Below are positions 17,236 to 26,764 of a stretch of DNA of 64,000 nucleotides, in pieces; positions within the stretch are counted from its first letter, which is position 1; each line of letters begins with the position of its first letter. The DNA lies in NCBI GenBank assembly GCA_965116475.1, contig OZ220691.1, positions 3,008,001 to 3,072,000 on the forward strand. Direction: 5' to 3'. A program made the translations under genes and the position numbers. Source of the stretch: Gemmatimonadota bacterium (GTDB lineage: Bacteria; Gemmatimonadota; Gemmatimonadetes; Palauibacterales; Palauibacteraceae). A model generated the notes under the pieces. That model saw only the letters and a list, made by a program, of their open reading frames with translations. It was not told the origin of the DNA and made no database searches.

Positions 17236-19092
17236 ATGTGCGGGATCGTCGGTTACGTCGGGGCGGAGGAGGCGGCCCCCCTCCTGCTCAACGGGCTCCG
17301 CCGCCTCGAATACCGCGGGTACGACTCCGCAGGCCTCGCCGTACATACCGGTTCGGGGCTCGATCTCCGCAAGTGCGCGGGCCGCGTTGACGACCTGGCG
17401 GACCGGATCGCCGAGGCGCCGCTTTCCGGAACGGCGGGCATCGCTCACACGCGCTGGGCGACGCACGGCGCACCCACCCCCGCCAATGCCCACCCCCTGA
17501 CGGACTGCCGCGGCGAGGTGGCGCTGGTCCACAACGGCGTGATCGAGAACTGCGACGCGCTGCGAACGAAGCTCTCCGAACTCGGTCACCGCTTCACGTC
17601 GGAGACCGACACCGAGGTCGTCGCCCACCTGGTCGAGGAAGCGTTCGACGGGAACCTCGAGCGCGCCGTCGCCGCCTCGCTGACGCAGGTGGAAGGCACG
17701 CTGGGGCTTGCCGCCATGAGCGTGCACGACCCGGCGCGGATCGTCGTGGCGCGCCGCGGCGCGCCCCTGCTGCTCGGGATCGGAGGCGCGGACGACGAAG
17801 CGATCTGGGTGGCTTCGGATGTGGCGGCGGTTCTCGAGCACACCCGCGACATCGTGTACCTGGAAGACGACGAAATGGCCGTCCTCACCTCTTCGGGGCA
17901 CCGCACCGTCGACCTCGGGCGAGACCGCGGCCATGTCGGATGGGAGCCCGTCCCGAAGGAAATCCGCCGCGTCGACTGGGATCTGGAGAAGATCGAAAAG
18001 GCGGGATATCCCCACTTCATGCTCCGCGAGATTCACGAACAGCCGCACACCGTGCGCGATGCGATGCGGGGCCGGCTGCTGGCGGAGGAGGGTACGGCGC
18101 GGCTCGGCGGACTCGACGAGTTTCGCCCGGAGATCAACGCGGCCGAGCGCATCGTCCTCACGGGGTGCGGGACGAGCTGGCATGCGGCGCTCGTCGGAGA
18201 ATACCTCATCGAGGCCCTCGCGCGCCTTCCCGTCGAGGTGGAGTACGCCTCCGAGTTCCGCTACCGGGAGCCGATCCTCGCGCCGGGGACGCTGGTGGGG
18301 GGCATCTCCCAGTCCGGGGAGACCGCGGACACGCTCGCCGCCGTGCGCGAAGCCGGCCGGCTCGGGGCGCCCACCTTCGGGGTCGTCAACGTGGTGGGCT
18401 CGACGATCGCACGGGAGACGCGCGCCGGAATCTACACCCACGCCGGCCCGGAGATCGGCGTCGCGTCCACGAAGGCCTTCGTCGCGCAGGTCGTTTCACT
18501 CGCGCTCCTCGGCCTCATGATCGCAAGGCGGCGCGGGATGGGTCGCGAGGAGGGCCGCGCCTTCGTGCGCGCCCTCGACGGACTTCCCGCTCTCATCGAA
18601 GAGGTCCTGGCAACGGAGGACCACATCCGGCAGGTGGCGAAGGAGTTCGCTCCCGCGCGCAACTTCCTCTACCTGGGGCGGGGCCCGAACTTTCCGATCG
18701 CCCTCGAGGGGGCGCTCAAGCTGAAGGAGATCTCCTACATCCACGCCGAGGGGTACCCGGCAGCCGAGATGAAGCACGGCCCGATCGCGCTCATCGACGA
18801 AGACATGCCCGTCGTCTTCATGGCTCCGCGAGGCGCCGTCTACTCGAAGGTGCTCGTGAACATCGAGGAGGTCAAAACGCGTGGCGGCCGCGTGATCGCC
18901 CTCGTGAACCGCCGGGAAACCGAGCTCGCCCGGAAGGTGGATCACCTGATTCCGGTGCCCGCGACGCTGCCTCTCCTGCAACCGATCGTCAACGTCGTTC
19001 CGCTACAGCTTCTCGCCTACCATATCGCCGTCCTGCGGGGCTGCGACGTGGACCGTCCGCGGAACCTCGCGAAGACCGTGACCGTCGAATAG
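17236..19092 (+). CDS. glmS: Glutamine-fructose-6-phosphate aminotransferase
   Basis: MCGIVG start, EYRGYDSAG, HTRWATHG, SQSGETAD, PRNLAKTVTVE. Confidence 0.97.
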   Translation: MCGIVGYVGAEEAAPLLLNGLRRLEYRGYDSAGLAVHTGSGLDLRKCAGRVDDLADRIAEAPLSGTAGIAHTRWATHGAPTPANAHPLTDCRGEVALVHNGVIENCDALRTKLSELGHRFTSETDTEVVAHLVEEAFDGNLERAVAASLTQVEGTLGLAAMSVHDPARIVVARRGAPLLLGIGGADDEAIWVASDVAAVLEHTRDIVYLEDDEMAVLTSSGHRTVDLGRDRGHVGWEPVPKEIRRVDWDLEKIEKAGYPHFMLREIHEQPHTVRDAMRGRLLAEEGTARLGGLDEFRPEINAAERIVLTGCGTSWHAALVGEYLIEALARLPVEVEYASEFRYREPILAPGTLVGGISQSGETADTLAAVREAGRLGAPTFGVVNVVGSTIARETRAGIYTHAGPEIGVASTKAFVAQVVSLALLGLMIARRRGMGREEGRAFVRALDGLPALIEEVLATEDHIRQVAKEFAPARNFLYLGRGPNFPIALEGALKLKEISYIHAEGYPAAEMKHGPIALIDEDMPVVFMAPRGAVYSKVLVNIEEVKTRGGRVIALVNRRETELARKVDHLIPVPATLPLLQPIVNVVPLQLLAYHIAVLRGCDVDRPRNLAKTVTVE

Positions 19093-19132
19093 TCTCCCGC
19101 ACGCGGGGGGCGCCCCCGCACGGAGCAAAGGG

Positions 19133-19162
19133 GTTACAGGGGGAAAGAGCCGGTGGTATGTT
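19133..19162 (+). promoter_or_regulatory. Candidate extended -10 promoter for DUF1232-hypothetical-cysS
   Basis: TGgTATGTT (19154-19162) with a weak -35 (GTTACA). Confidence 0.4.
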
Positions 19163-19246
19163 TTGGGCGACGCGTCCGCCGACGGGCCGTACCCATCGCG
19201 CCGCCGGCCGGGTCGCGCGGTCCACCGGGTCCGGGATTGGAAGGGG

Positions 19247-19720
19247 ATGCCGAGCGCCTACCTCCAGGGGATGAAGGAACAGGTCGCACGCTACGCAGGC
19301 ACGCTGCGTGACGTCGTCATCCTCGCGCCCGTCTACGGTTTGCTGATGTTCACCCTCATGAAGGATCCGCGCCTGACCCGGCAGCAGCGGATTCTGGTGG
19401 ATGCGGCCATCGCCTACCTCGTCAGTCCGGATGACGTGATCCCGGAAGATGAGGTCGGGCCGTACGGTTTTCTGGATGATGTTTTCTGCTGTGCGTATGT
19501 GACGCACCGGATCGGAGAGGAGCTTGGCTGGGATGTGGTGGAGGAGCACTGGACCGGTGAGCGCTCGGCGCTCGAGGTTTCGAACAATCTGCTCGCCCGC
19601 GAGCGGGAACTGCTCGGCGGGGCGGGTGACGACGTTCTCGAATTCGCGGGGCTCCTCGACCGGCGGTCGGACGCTGAAGCGGAACGCCCCCAACTCGTCC
19701 TCACGGCAGCCGGCCCCTAG
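19247..19720 (+). CDS. YkvA/DUF1232 family protein
   Basis: AIAYLVSPDDVIPE..GFLDD motif; ATG 19247 with AAGGGG SD. Confidence 0.8.
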   Translation: MPSAYLQGMKEQVARYAGTLRDVVILAPVYGLLMFTLMKDPRLTRQQRILVDAAIAYLVSPDDVIPEDEVGPYGFLDDVFCCAYVTHRIGEELGWDVVEEHWTGERSALEVSNNLLARERELLGGAGDDVLEFAGLLDRRSDAEAERPQLVLTAAGP

Positions 19721-19769
19721 CAGTCCACGGGTCGCCGGCAGCCGGCCGCGGATCGCCGCGGTCCTGGTC

Positions 19770-20393
19770 GTGCTCGCCGGGTTCGTCGGCGCGGAGTCGG
19801 TCGATGCCCAGTATCGCCTGACCGCCCCTTCGGGCAGTTTCGTGGAGTTCGAGGCCGATCTCCTCCTCCGCTTCCGCGACCGTTCCGACTCCCTCATGAC
19901 CGATCTCGTGGAAGATCCCTTCGTGCTCTACTTCCCGTCCTTCGGGCGGGATCTTGACGAGTCCGAGGCGCGGGACGCGTGGCCATGGAATGCGGTCGAG
20001 GTGGTGACGGACTCGAGCGCCGCGCTCGTGATGCCGGGAAACCTGAGGGAGGCCGGGCGGGCGTACGAGAGCTACGCGGTCCTCCGCATGCACGCCGTCC
20101 GCCAGGATCCCGACGTGGCCTGCGAAGTGCTCGTCTCACGGGAAGTCGAGGCCGTCGACGGCTTCGTCGACGGGTGGATCGTGGCGCGACTCCTCTTCGG
20201 CGGGCCCGCGTACGAGCCGCTCGACGAACTCGCCTTCGCGCGCGAGGCCGGCGTCCTCGCCGGACTCATCCTCGACCGCTCGGACCGCCAGCTGGGCGGT
20301 TGTCTGCAGGTCTCCCGCGAACGTCGCGCGGAGGACATCGCCGCGTACCGCGTCTGGCGAACGGAACGCTATCTCCCCCCGGGCGGGCGATGA
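19770..20393 (+). CDS. Hypothetical, probably exported protein (start unresolved)
   Basis: Coding-like frame filling the gap before cysS; hydrophobic stretch ending VDA-Q; stop overlaps the cysS ATG. Confidence 0.6.
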   Translation: MLAGFVGAESVDAQYRLTAPSGSFVEFEADLLLRFRDRSDSLMTDLVEDPFVLYFPSFGRDLDESEARDAWPWNAVEVVTDSSAALVMPGNLREAGRAYESYAVLRMHAVRQDPDVACEVLVSREVEAVDGFVDGWIVARLLFGGPAYEPLDELAFAREAGVLAGLILDRSDRQLGGCLQVSRERRAEDIAAYRVWRTERYLPPGGR

Positions 20394-21865
20394 GTCTCCG
20401 ACTCTACGACTCCCTTACGCGCCGGCTCCGCCCGTTCGAGCCCGTCGAACCGGGCCGGGTGCGCATGTACAACTGCGGACCCACGGTGTACGACCGCGCG
20501 CATGTCGGGAACTTCCGCGCCTTTATTTGGGAAGACCTGCTTCGCCGCTACCTCCGGTTCAAGGGGTACGACGTCTGCCAGGTCATGAACCTGACCGATG
20601 TCGATGATCGGACGATCGCGGCGGCCACCGACCGGGGCGTCCCGCTGGCCGAGGTCACAGATCCCGTGATCGGGATGTTCCTCGAGGACTGGGAGACGCT
20701 GGGACTCGAGGAGCCCGAGCATCGGCCGCGGGCGACCCACTTCGTCGAGGGGATGATCCGGCTGATCGAAGTCCTCGCCGAGCGAGGATTGACGTACGAG
20801 AGCGATGGTTCAGTGTACTTCGCGATCGGGCGTTCCCCCGGGTACGGACGGCTGGCCGGGATCGACTCCGGGGGCCTCACGGCGACCGGCAGGGCCCAGG
20901 GGGATGAGGAGTACGACAAGGATGATCCGAGAGATTTCGTCCTCTGGAAGGGCGGCGACCGCGGCGCGGATGGCTCCGTGGCCGTGTGGGATTCTCCGTG
21001 GGGACCCGGCCGGCCGGGCTGGCACCTCGAGTGCTCGGCGATGGCGATGCACCACCTGGGCGAAACGCTGGACATCCATACCGGAGGGGTCGACAACCTC
21101 TTCCCGCATCACACCAACGAGATCGCCCAGTCGGAAGGGGTGACGGGGAAGAAGTTCTCGGAGTTCTGGCTTCACGCCGAGCACCTTCTGGTGGAAGGCC
21201 GGAAGATGTCGAAGTCGCTCGGCAACTGCTTCACGATCCCGGAACTGGTCGAACGCGGACACGCGCCATCGGCGATCCGGTACCTGCTGCTCAGCGGACA
21301 CTATCGGACCCAGCTGAATTTCACGTTCGACGGCCTGGAGGCGGCGGCCAAGGCCGTGACCCGCCTGCACGAGTTCAGGAACCGCGCGCGCGACGCCGGC
21401 GAGGCCGAGATTGACGCATCGACGGACGTCGGCGAGGTGGCGGCCCGAGCGCTCGCCGCGTTCGAAGCGGCGATGGACGACGACCTGAACGTGAGCGAAG
21501 CGCTCTCCGCGGTGTTCGGGCTCGTCCGGGAGGTGAATCAGCTGCTCGACGCCGCCCATCCCCGGGCCCCGTCGGGCACCGGGGCCGCGCTCGCCGCGCT
21601 CGACGCCTTCGACCGCGTCTTCGGGGTGCTGGCCGTACGGGACCGCGAGTCATCCGGTGGCGATGACGAGTTCGTCGCGTGGGCCACGGCCCGCGTGGAC
21701 GAACGCGAGCGAGCGCGGGCGAACCGGGACTTCGCGCGCGCCGATGCGATTCGCGCCGAACTCGAGGCCCGCGGCGCGATCGTGGAGGATCTCGCGGAGT
21801 CCACCCGCCTTCGCGTGGATGGGCGCACGATCCAGGTGCCGCGTCCCCTCCGGACGGCAGGATGA
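20390..21865 (+). CDS. cysS: Cysteine-tRNA ligase
   Basis: YNCGPTVY, HVGN, DFVLWK, PGWHLECS, FPHHTNE, KMSKS. Confidence 0.97.
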   Translation: MSLRLYDSLTRRLRPFEPVEPGRVRMYNCGPTVYDRAHVGNFRAFIWEDLLRRYLRFKGYDVCQVMNLTDVDDRTIAAATDRGVPLAEVTDPVIGMFLEDWETLGLEEPEHRPRATHFVEGMIRLIEVLAERGLTYESDGSVYFAIGRSPGYGRLAGIDSGGLTATGRAQGDEEYDKDDPRDFVLWKGGDRGADGSVAVWDSPWGPGRPGWHLECSAMAMHHLGETLDIHTGGVDNLFPHHTNEIAQSEGVTGKKFSEFWLHAEHLLVEGRKMSKSLGNCFTIPELVERGHAPSAIRYLLLSGHYRTQLNFTFDGLEAAAKAVTRLHEFRNRARDAGEAEIDASTDVGEVAARALAAFEAAMDDDLNVSEALSAVFGLVREVNQLLDAAHPRAPSGTGAALAALDAFDRVFGVLAVRDRESSGGDDEFVAWATARVDERERARANRDFARADAIRAELEARGAIVEDLAESTRLRVDGRTIQVPRPLRTAG

Positions 21866-21914
21866 GGCGATGGACGCCCGCGAAGGGCGGTCGAATCGGG
21901 CGTCGGAAAACACC

Positions 21915-21944
21915 TTGACGGTCCGCCACGCATGCCCCTATGTT
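21915..21944 (+). promoter_or_regulatory. sigma70-type promoter for the tRNA-tuf operon
   Basis: TTGACG, 18-nt spacer, TATGTT, 24 nt upstream of tRNA-Thr. Confidence 0.65.
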
Positions 21945-21968
21945 AGAAGACTGTTGTGCGGAAGGGTC

Positions 21969-22041
21969 GCTGGCGTAGCTCAACCGGTAGAGCGTCGGAT
22001 TTGTAATCCGGAGGTTGTGGGTTCGAGCCCCACCGCCAGCT
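21969..22041 (+). tRNA. tRNA-Thr(TGT), CCA not encoded
   Basis: Acceptor GCTGGCG/CGCCAGC, D-arm GCTC/GAGC, anticodon loop TTTGTAA, GGTTCGAGCC T-arm. Confidence 0.95.
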
Positions 22042-22125
22042 CGGTCGAGTCGGACGAACAGCCGCCCCGAAGCGGCGAACCCTGGAACTCATCGATCGGG
22101 CGTCGATCGGGCGCCAGGTACCGGC

Positions 22126-22208
22126 GGTGGGGTACCGAAGCGGCCAAACGGGGCAGACTGTAAATCTGCTGGCTTATGCCTTCGGAGGTTCGAATCCTCC
22201 CCCCACCA
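22126..22208 (+). tRNA. tRNA-Tyr(GTA), CCA not encoded (followed by CCT)
   Basis: Acceptor GGTGGGG/CCCCACC, anticodon arm GCAGA-CTGTAAA-TCTGC, long variable arm, GGTTCGAATCC. Confidence 0.95.
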
Positions 22209-22303
22209 CCTTCACGAGACCACTGACGAAACAAGGGCGTAGCCCGCGCGCGAGCAGGAGGAGCGTCCGTCGCGGGACCGTTCCGCCGAACCCGCAGTCC
22301 GAG

Positions 22304-23513
<1,210 letters not shown>

Positions 23514-23522
23514 GGAACACAA

Positions 23523-23672
23523 ATGAGGGTTCGGATTACGCTCGAATGCACGGAGTGTAAAGAGCGCAACTATTCGACGACGAAGAATCGTCGGACCCAT
23601 CCGCAGCGGGCCGAGCAGAAGAAGTACTGTCGCCGCTGTAACGGACATAAAATGCACAAGGAAACACGGTAA
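23523..23672 (+). CDS. rpmG: 50S ribosomal protein L33 (Zn-binding form; not in ORF track)
   Basis: Manual translation [49 protein letters not shown]. Confidence 0.96.
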   Translation: MRVRITLECTECKERNYSTTKNRRTHPQRAEQKKYCRRCNGHKMHKETR

Positions 23673-23681
23673 GGGGTTCGA

Positions 23682-23888
23682 TTGGCCGGCATCGTCAGAA
23701 GAACTCAGGAATTCGCCGAACAGGTACAGGTCGAGATGCGTCGGGTCACGTGGCCCGACAAGGATCAGTTGCGCGGTGCAACGATCGGCATCCTGATCTT
23801 CGTTTTCATCATGGCCATCGTCATCGGAGCAATGGATTCGGTCTTCGCGGCGTCGGTGCGGTTCATCGTCAGGTCGTTCGGTGGTTGA
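23682..23888 (+). CDS. secE: Preprotein translocase subunit SecE
   Basis: EMRRVTWP plus one TM segment; upstream of nusG. Confidence 0.93.
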   Translation: MAGIVRRTQEFAEQVQVEMRRVTWPDKDQLRGATIGILIFVFIMAIVIGAMDSVFAASVRFIVRSFGG

Positions 23889-24462
23889 GTCCGCGGGCGC
23901 GGGAGCCGCGCAGACCGGCCTTCCCGGGGACGCGCCGCGCTGGTACGCGCTGCAGACGTACTCGGGCCACGAGAAGAAGGTGAAGACCCTGCTCGAGCAG
24001 AAGATCCAGGAGTACGGGGATGAACCTCCGATCCGGGAGGTCATCGTCCCCACGCAGGAAGTCGTCGAGATCAAGGGAGGGAAGCGCGTCAAGTCGACGA
24101 AGCGGCTCTACCCGGGCTACGTGCTCATTCAGATGCTGCTGGACCAGAACACGATGTACGTCGTCAACAACGTACCCGGCGTCATCAAGTTCGTGGGAAG
24201 CGGGAAGGACCCACAGCCGCTCAAGACCGAGGAGATGAACAAGATCCTCGGCATCGCGGATGAACTCGAGCAGGCGGGTCCCGAGACGGAGATCCCCTTC
24301 CGGCCGGGCCAGGTCGTCGAAGTCATGGAGGGACCGTTCAGCGATTTCAGCGGAACGGTGGAAGAAGTGTTTGCGGAGAAGGGCAAGGTGCGCGTGCAGG
24401 TGAGCCTGTTCGGGCGCCCGACCTCGGTTGAACTGGACTACACGCAGCTGCAGGGGTTCTGA
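23881..24462 (+). CDS. nusG: Transcription termination/antitermination factor NusG
   Basis: [41 protein letters not shown]. Confidence 0.97.
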   Translation: MVESAGAGAAQTGLPGDAPRWYALQTYSGHEKKVKTLLEQKIQEYGDEPPIREVIVPTQEVVEIKGGKRVKSTKRLYPGYVLIQMLLDQNTMYVVNNVPGVIKFVGSGKDPQPLKTEEMNKILGIADELEQAGPETEIPFRPGQVVEVMEGPFSDFSGTVEEVFAEKGKVRVQVSLFGRPTSVELDYTQLQGF

Positions 24463-24893
24463 TGCCGCCGAAGAAACAGGTTACCGGATTCATCAAGCTG
24501 CAGATTCCGGGGGGGCAGGCGAATCCGGCCCCGCCGGTGGGTCCGGCACTGGGCCAGCACGGCCTCAACATCATGGATTTCTGCAAGACGTTCAACGCGC
24601 AGACGCAGCAGGAAGCCGGCACGATCATCCCGGTCGAGATCACGGTCTACAAGGACCGGACGTTCAGCTTCATCACCAAGACGCCACCGGCGGTGGAGCT
24701 GCTCAAGAAGGAACTCGGTCTCGAGTCGGGTTCTCCGGTCCCCAATCGGGAGAAGGTCGGCAAGGTCACGGACGACCAGCTGCGCAGAATCGCCAGGATC
24801 AAGATGAAGGATCTCAACGCGGCCGATGAAGAGGCCGCGATGCGGATGATCGCGGGCACCGCACGATCCATGGGGATCGAGCGGGCCGACTGA
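24462..24893 (+). CDS. rplK: 50S ribosomal protein L11
   Basis: [22 protein letters not shown]. Confidence 0.98.
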   Translation: MPPKKQVTGFIKLQIPGGQANPAPPVGPALGQHGLNIMDFCKTFNAQTQQEAGTIIPVEITVYKDRTFSFITKTPPAVELLKKELGLESGSPVPNREKVGKVTDDQLRRIARIKMKDLNAADEEAAMRMIAGTARSMGIERAD

Positions 24894-24912
24894 TCGGGAG
24901 AGATCGGGAGAC

Positions 24913-25602
24913 ATGCCGAAACGCGGCAAGAAATACCGCTCCGCCGGAGAGGCCGCTCCGGCGAACGGCGCCCTCGCGCCTCGCGAGGCGCTTGAGTGCG
25001 TGAAGAAAACGGCGTTCGCGAACTTCGACGAGACGGTCGAGGCCTCAGTACGCCTCGGCGTGGACCCGCGCAAGGCGGACCAGATCGTGCGCGGCACGGT
25101 CATCCTGCCCGCGGGTACGGGCCGCAGGGTGCGGGTGCTCGCTCTCGTCAAGGCGGACCGGGCGGCCGAGGCGAAGGAAGCCGGCGCGGACTACGTGGGA
25201 ACCGAGTACATCGAGCAGATTCAGGAGGGGTGGCTCGATTTCGACGTCGCGATCGCGACGCCGGATCTCATGAAGGATGTGGCCCGACTGGGCAGGATCC
25301 TCGGCCCGCGCGGCCTCATGCCCACGCCAAAGGCCGGCACGGTCACCATGGACGTGGGTCGGGCCGTTCGCGAATCGAAGGCGGGCAAGATCGAATTCCG
25401 GGTGGACCGGACCGGCAACGTGCATGCGCCGATCGGAAAGGTGAGCTTCGAACTCGACAGGTTGAACGAGAATTTCGAAGCGCTTATGGACGAGATCGTG
25501 CGGTTGAAGCCCGCCGCGGCAAAGGGCCGGTATGTGAAGAGCGTGACCGTGACCAGCACGATGGGTCTCGGCGTTTCCGTGGACGAGGACCTGTACCGAT
25601 AG
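24913..25602 (+). CDS. rplA: 50S ribosomal protein L1
   Basis: [26 protein letters not shown]. Confidence 0.98.
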   Translation: MPKRGKKYRSAGEAAPANGALAPREALECVKKTAFANFDETVEASVRLGVDPRKADQIVRGTVILPAGTGRRVRVLALVKADRAAEAKEAGADYVGTEYIEQIQEGWLDFDVAIATPDLMKDVARLGRILGPRGLMPTPKAGTVTMDVGRAVRESKAGKIEFRVDRTGNVHAPIGKVSFELDRLNENFEALMDEIVRLKPAAAKGRYVKSVTVTSTMGLGVSVDEDLYR

Positions 25603-25606
25603 ATCC

Positions 25607-26131
25607 ATGAGACTCGAAGAAAAGCAGCGCGTCACGCAGGAACTCACTGCGCAGATCGAAGAGAGCGGGACGATTTACCTGACCGACTTCACGGGGTTGA
25701 ACGTGAAGGCGATCACGGATTTCCGCACGCGGCTCCGAGACGAGGGCCTGAGTTATCGGGTCGTGAAGAACACCCTCATGAAGCGGGCGCTCGAGGATCT
25801 GGACCTCCCGGATCTGAGCGCCCATCTCGAGGGTCCGACAGGGCTCATCCTCAGCGACGCCGACCCCGTCACGCCGGCCAGAGTGCTGAAGGACTTCGCG
25901 AAAGCGAACGAGGACCGGCCGGTGGTGAAGGTTGGCGTCATCAATCGGGTAGAAACGTCGCCGGAGGAAGTGAGGCGCATCGCCGACCTTCCGTCGCGGG
26001 AGGTTCTGCTCGGCAGCATCGCGGGCGGGCTCACGGCGAGCGTCGGCGGCATCGCCGGCGCGCTGAATGCGCTCCTCCGCGACATCGCAGACGTGATCGA
26101 ACAGGTCGGAAGGAAGAACGAGTCCGCCTGA
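25607..26131 (+). CDS. rplJ: 50S ribosomal protein L10
   Basis: [24 protein letters not shown]; synteny. Confidence 0.96.
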   Translation: MRLEEKQRVTQELTAQIEESGTIYLTDFTGLNVKAITDFRTRLRDEGLSYRVVKNTLMKRALEDLDLPDLSAHLEGPTGLILSDADPVTPARVLKDFAKANEDRPVVKVGVINRVETSPEEVRRIADLPSREVLLGSIAGGLTASVGGIAGALNALLRDIADVIEQVGRKNESA

Positions 26132-26196
26132 GTGGGACGCATGCCCGTGACGTGCGGACATGCGGAACGGATACAGGATCCAGGGAACGGAAGAAC

Positions 26197-26571
26197 ATGT
26201 CCAAAATCGACGATCTTCTGCAGCAGATCGGCTCGCTGACGGTGCTCGAAGCCGCCGAGTTGAAAGACAAAATGGAGGAAACCTTCGGCGTGTCGGCCTC
26301 CGCGCCGGTCGCCGTCGCCGCCGCTCCCGGTGGCGGAGGTGACGCCGCCGAGGAGGAGCAGACGGAGTTCGACGTCCTCCTCACGGCGGTGGGCAGCAAG
26401 AAGATCCAGGTGATCAAGGTCGTGCGCGAAGTGACGAGCCTGGGTCTCAAGGAGGCGAAGGCCGTCGTCGACAACGCCCCCGGACCCGTGAAGGAAGGCG
26501 TGTCCAAGGAGGAGGCGGAGGAGATCAAGGCCAAGCTCGAAGAGCAGGGCGCCACGGCGGATCTCAAGTAG
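26197..26571 (+). CDS. rplL: 50S ribosomal protein L7/L12
   Basis: [24 protein letters not shown]. Confidence 0.98.
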   Translation: MSKIDDLLQQIGSLTVLEAAELKDKMEETFGVSASAPVAVAAAPGGGGDAAEEEQTEFDVLLTAVGSKKIQVIKVVREVTSLGLKEAKAVVDNAPGPVKEGVSKEEAEEIKAKLEEQGATADLK

Positions 26572-26764
26572 CCGCGCTGAAGAGCGTGGCACGCCCCGGC
26601 GTCGATCATCCGATCGGCTCCGGACTGCGGAGGGACCGCAGCCGGACCGATGACGCGGGGGTCCGACTTCACACCGTGCACGAACCGGCGCGACCGCTTG
26701 CGGGCGCTGCCCGGTATTTCCGCATCTCCCATGTACTCGCGGGGTTCCCCGCGGGAGGTACGAT

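Noticed and set aside
22092..22113. 11-bp tandem repeat TCGATCGGGCG x2 in the tRNA spacer
   Set aside because: Two copies only with no spacers; not CRISPR and no sign of an att site or integrase
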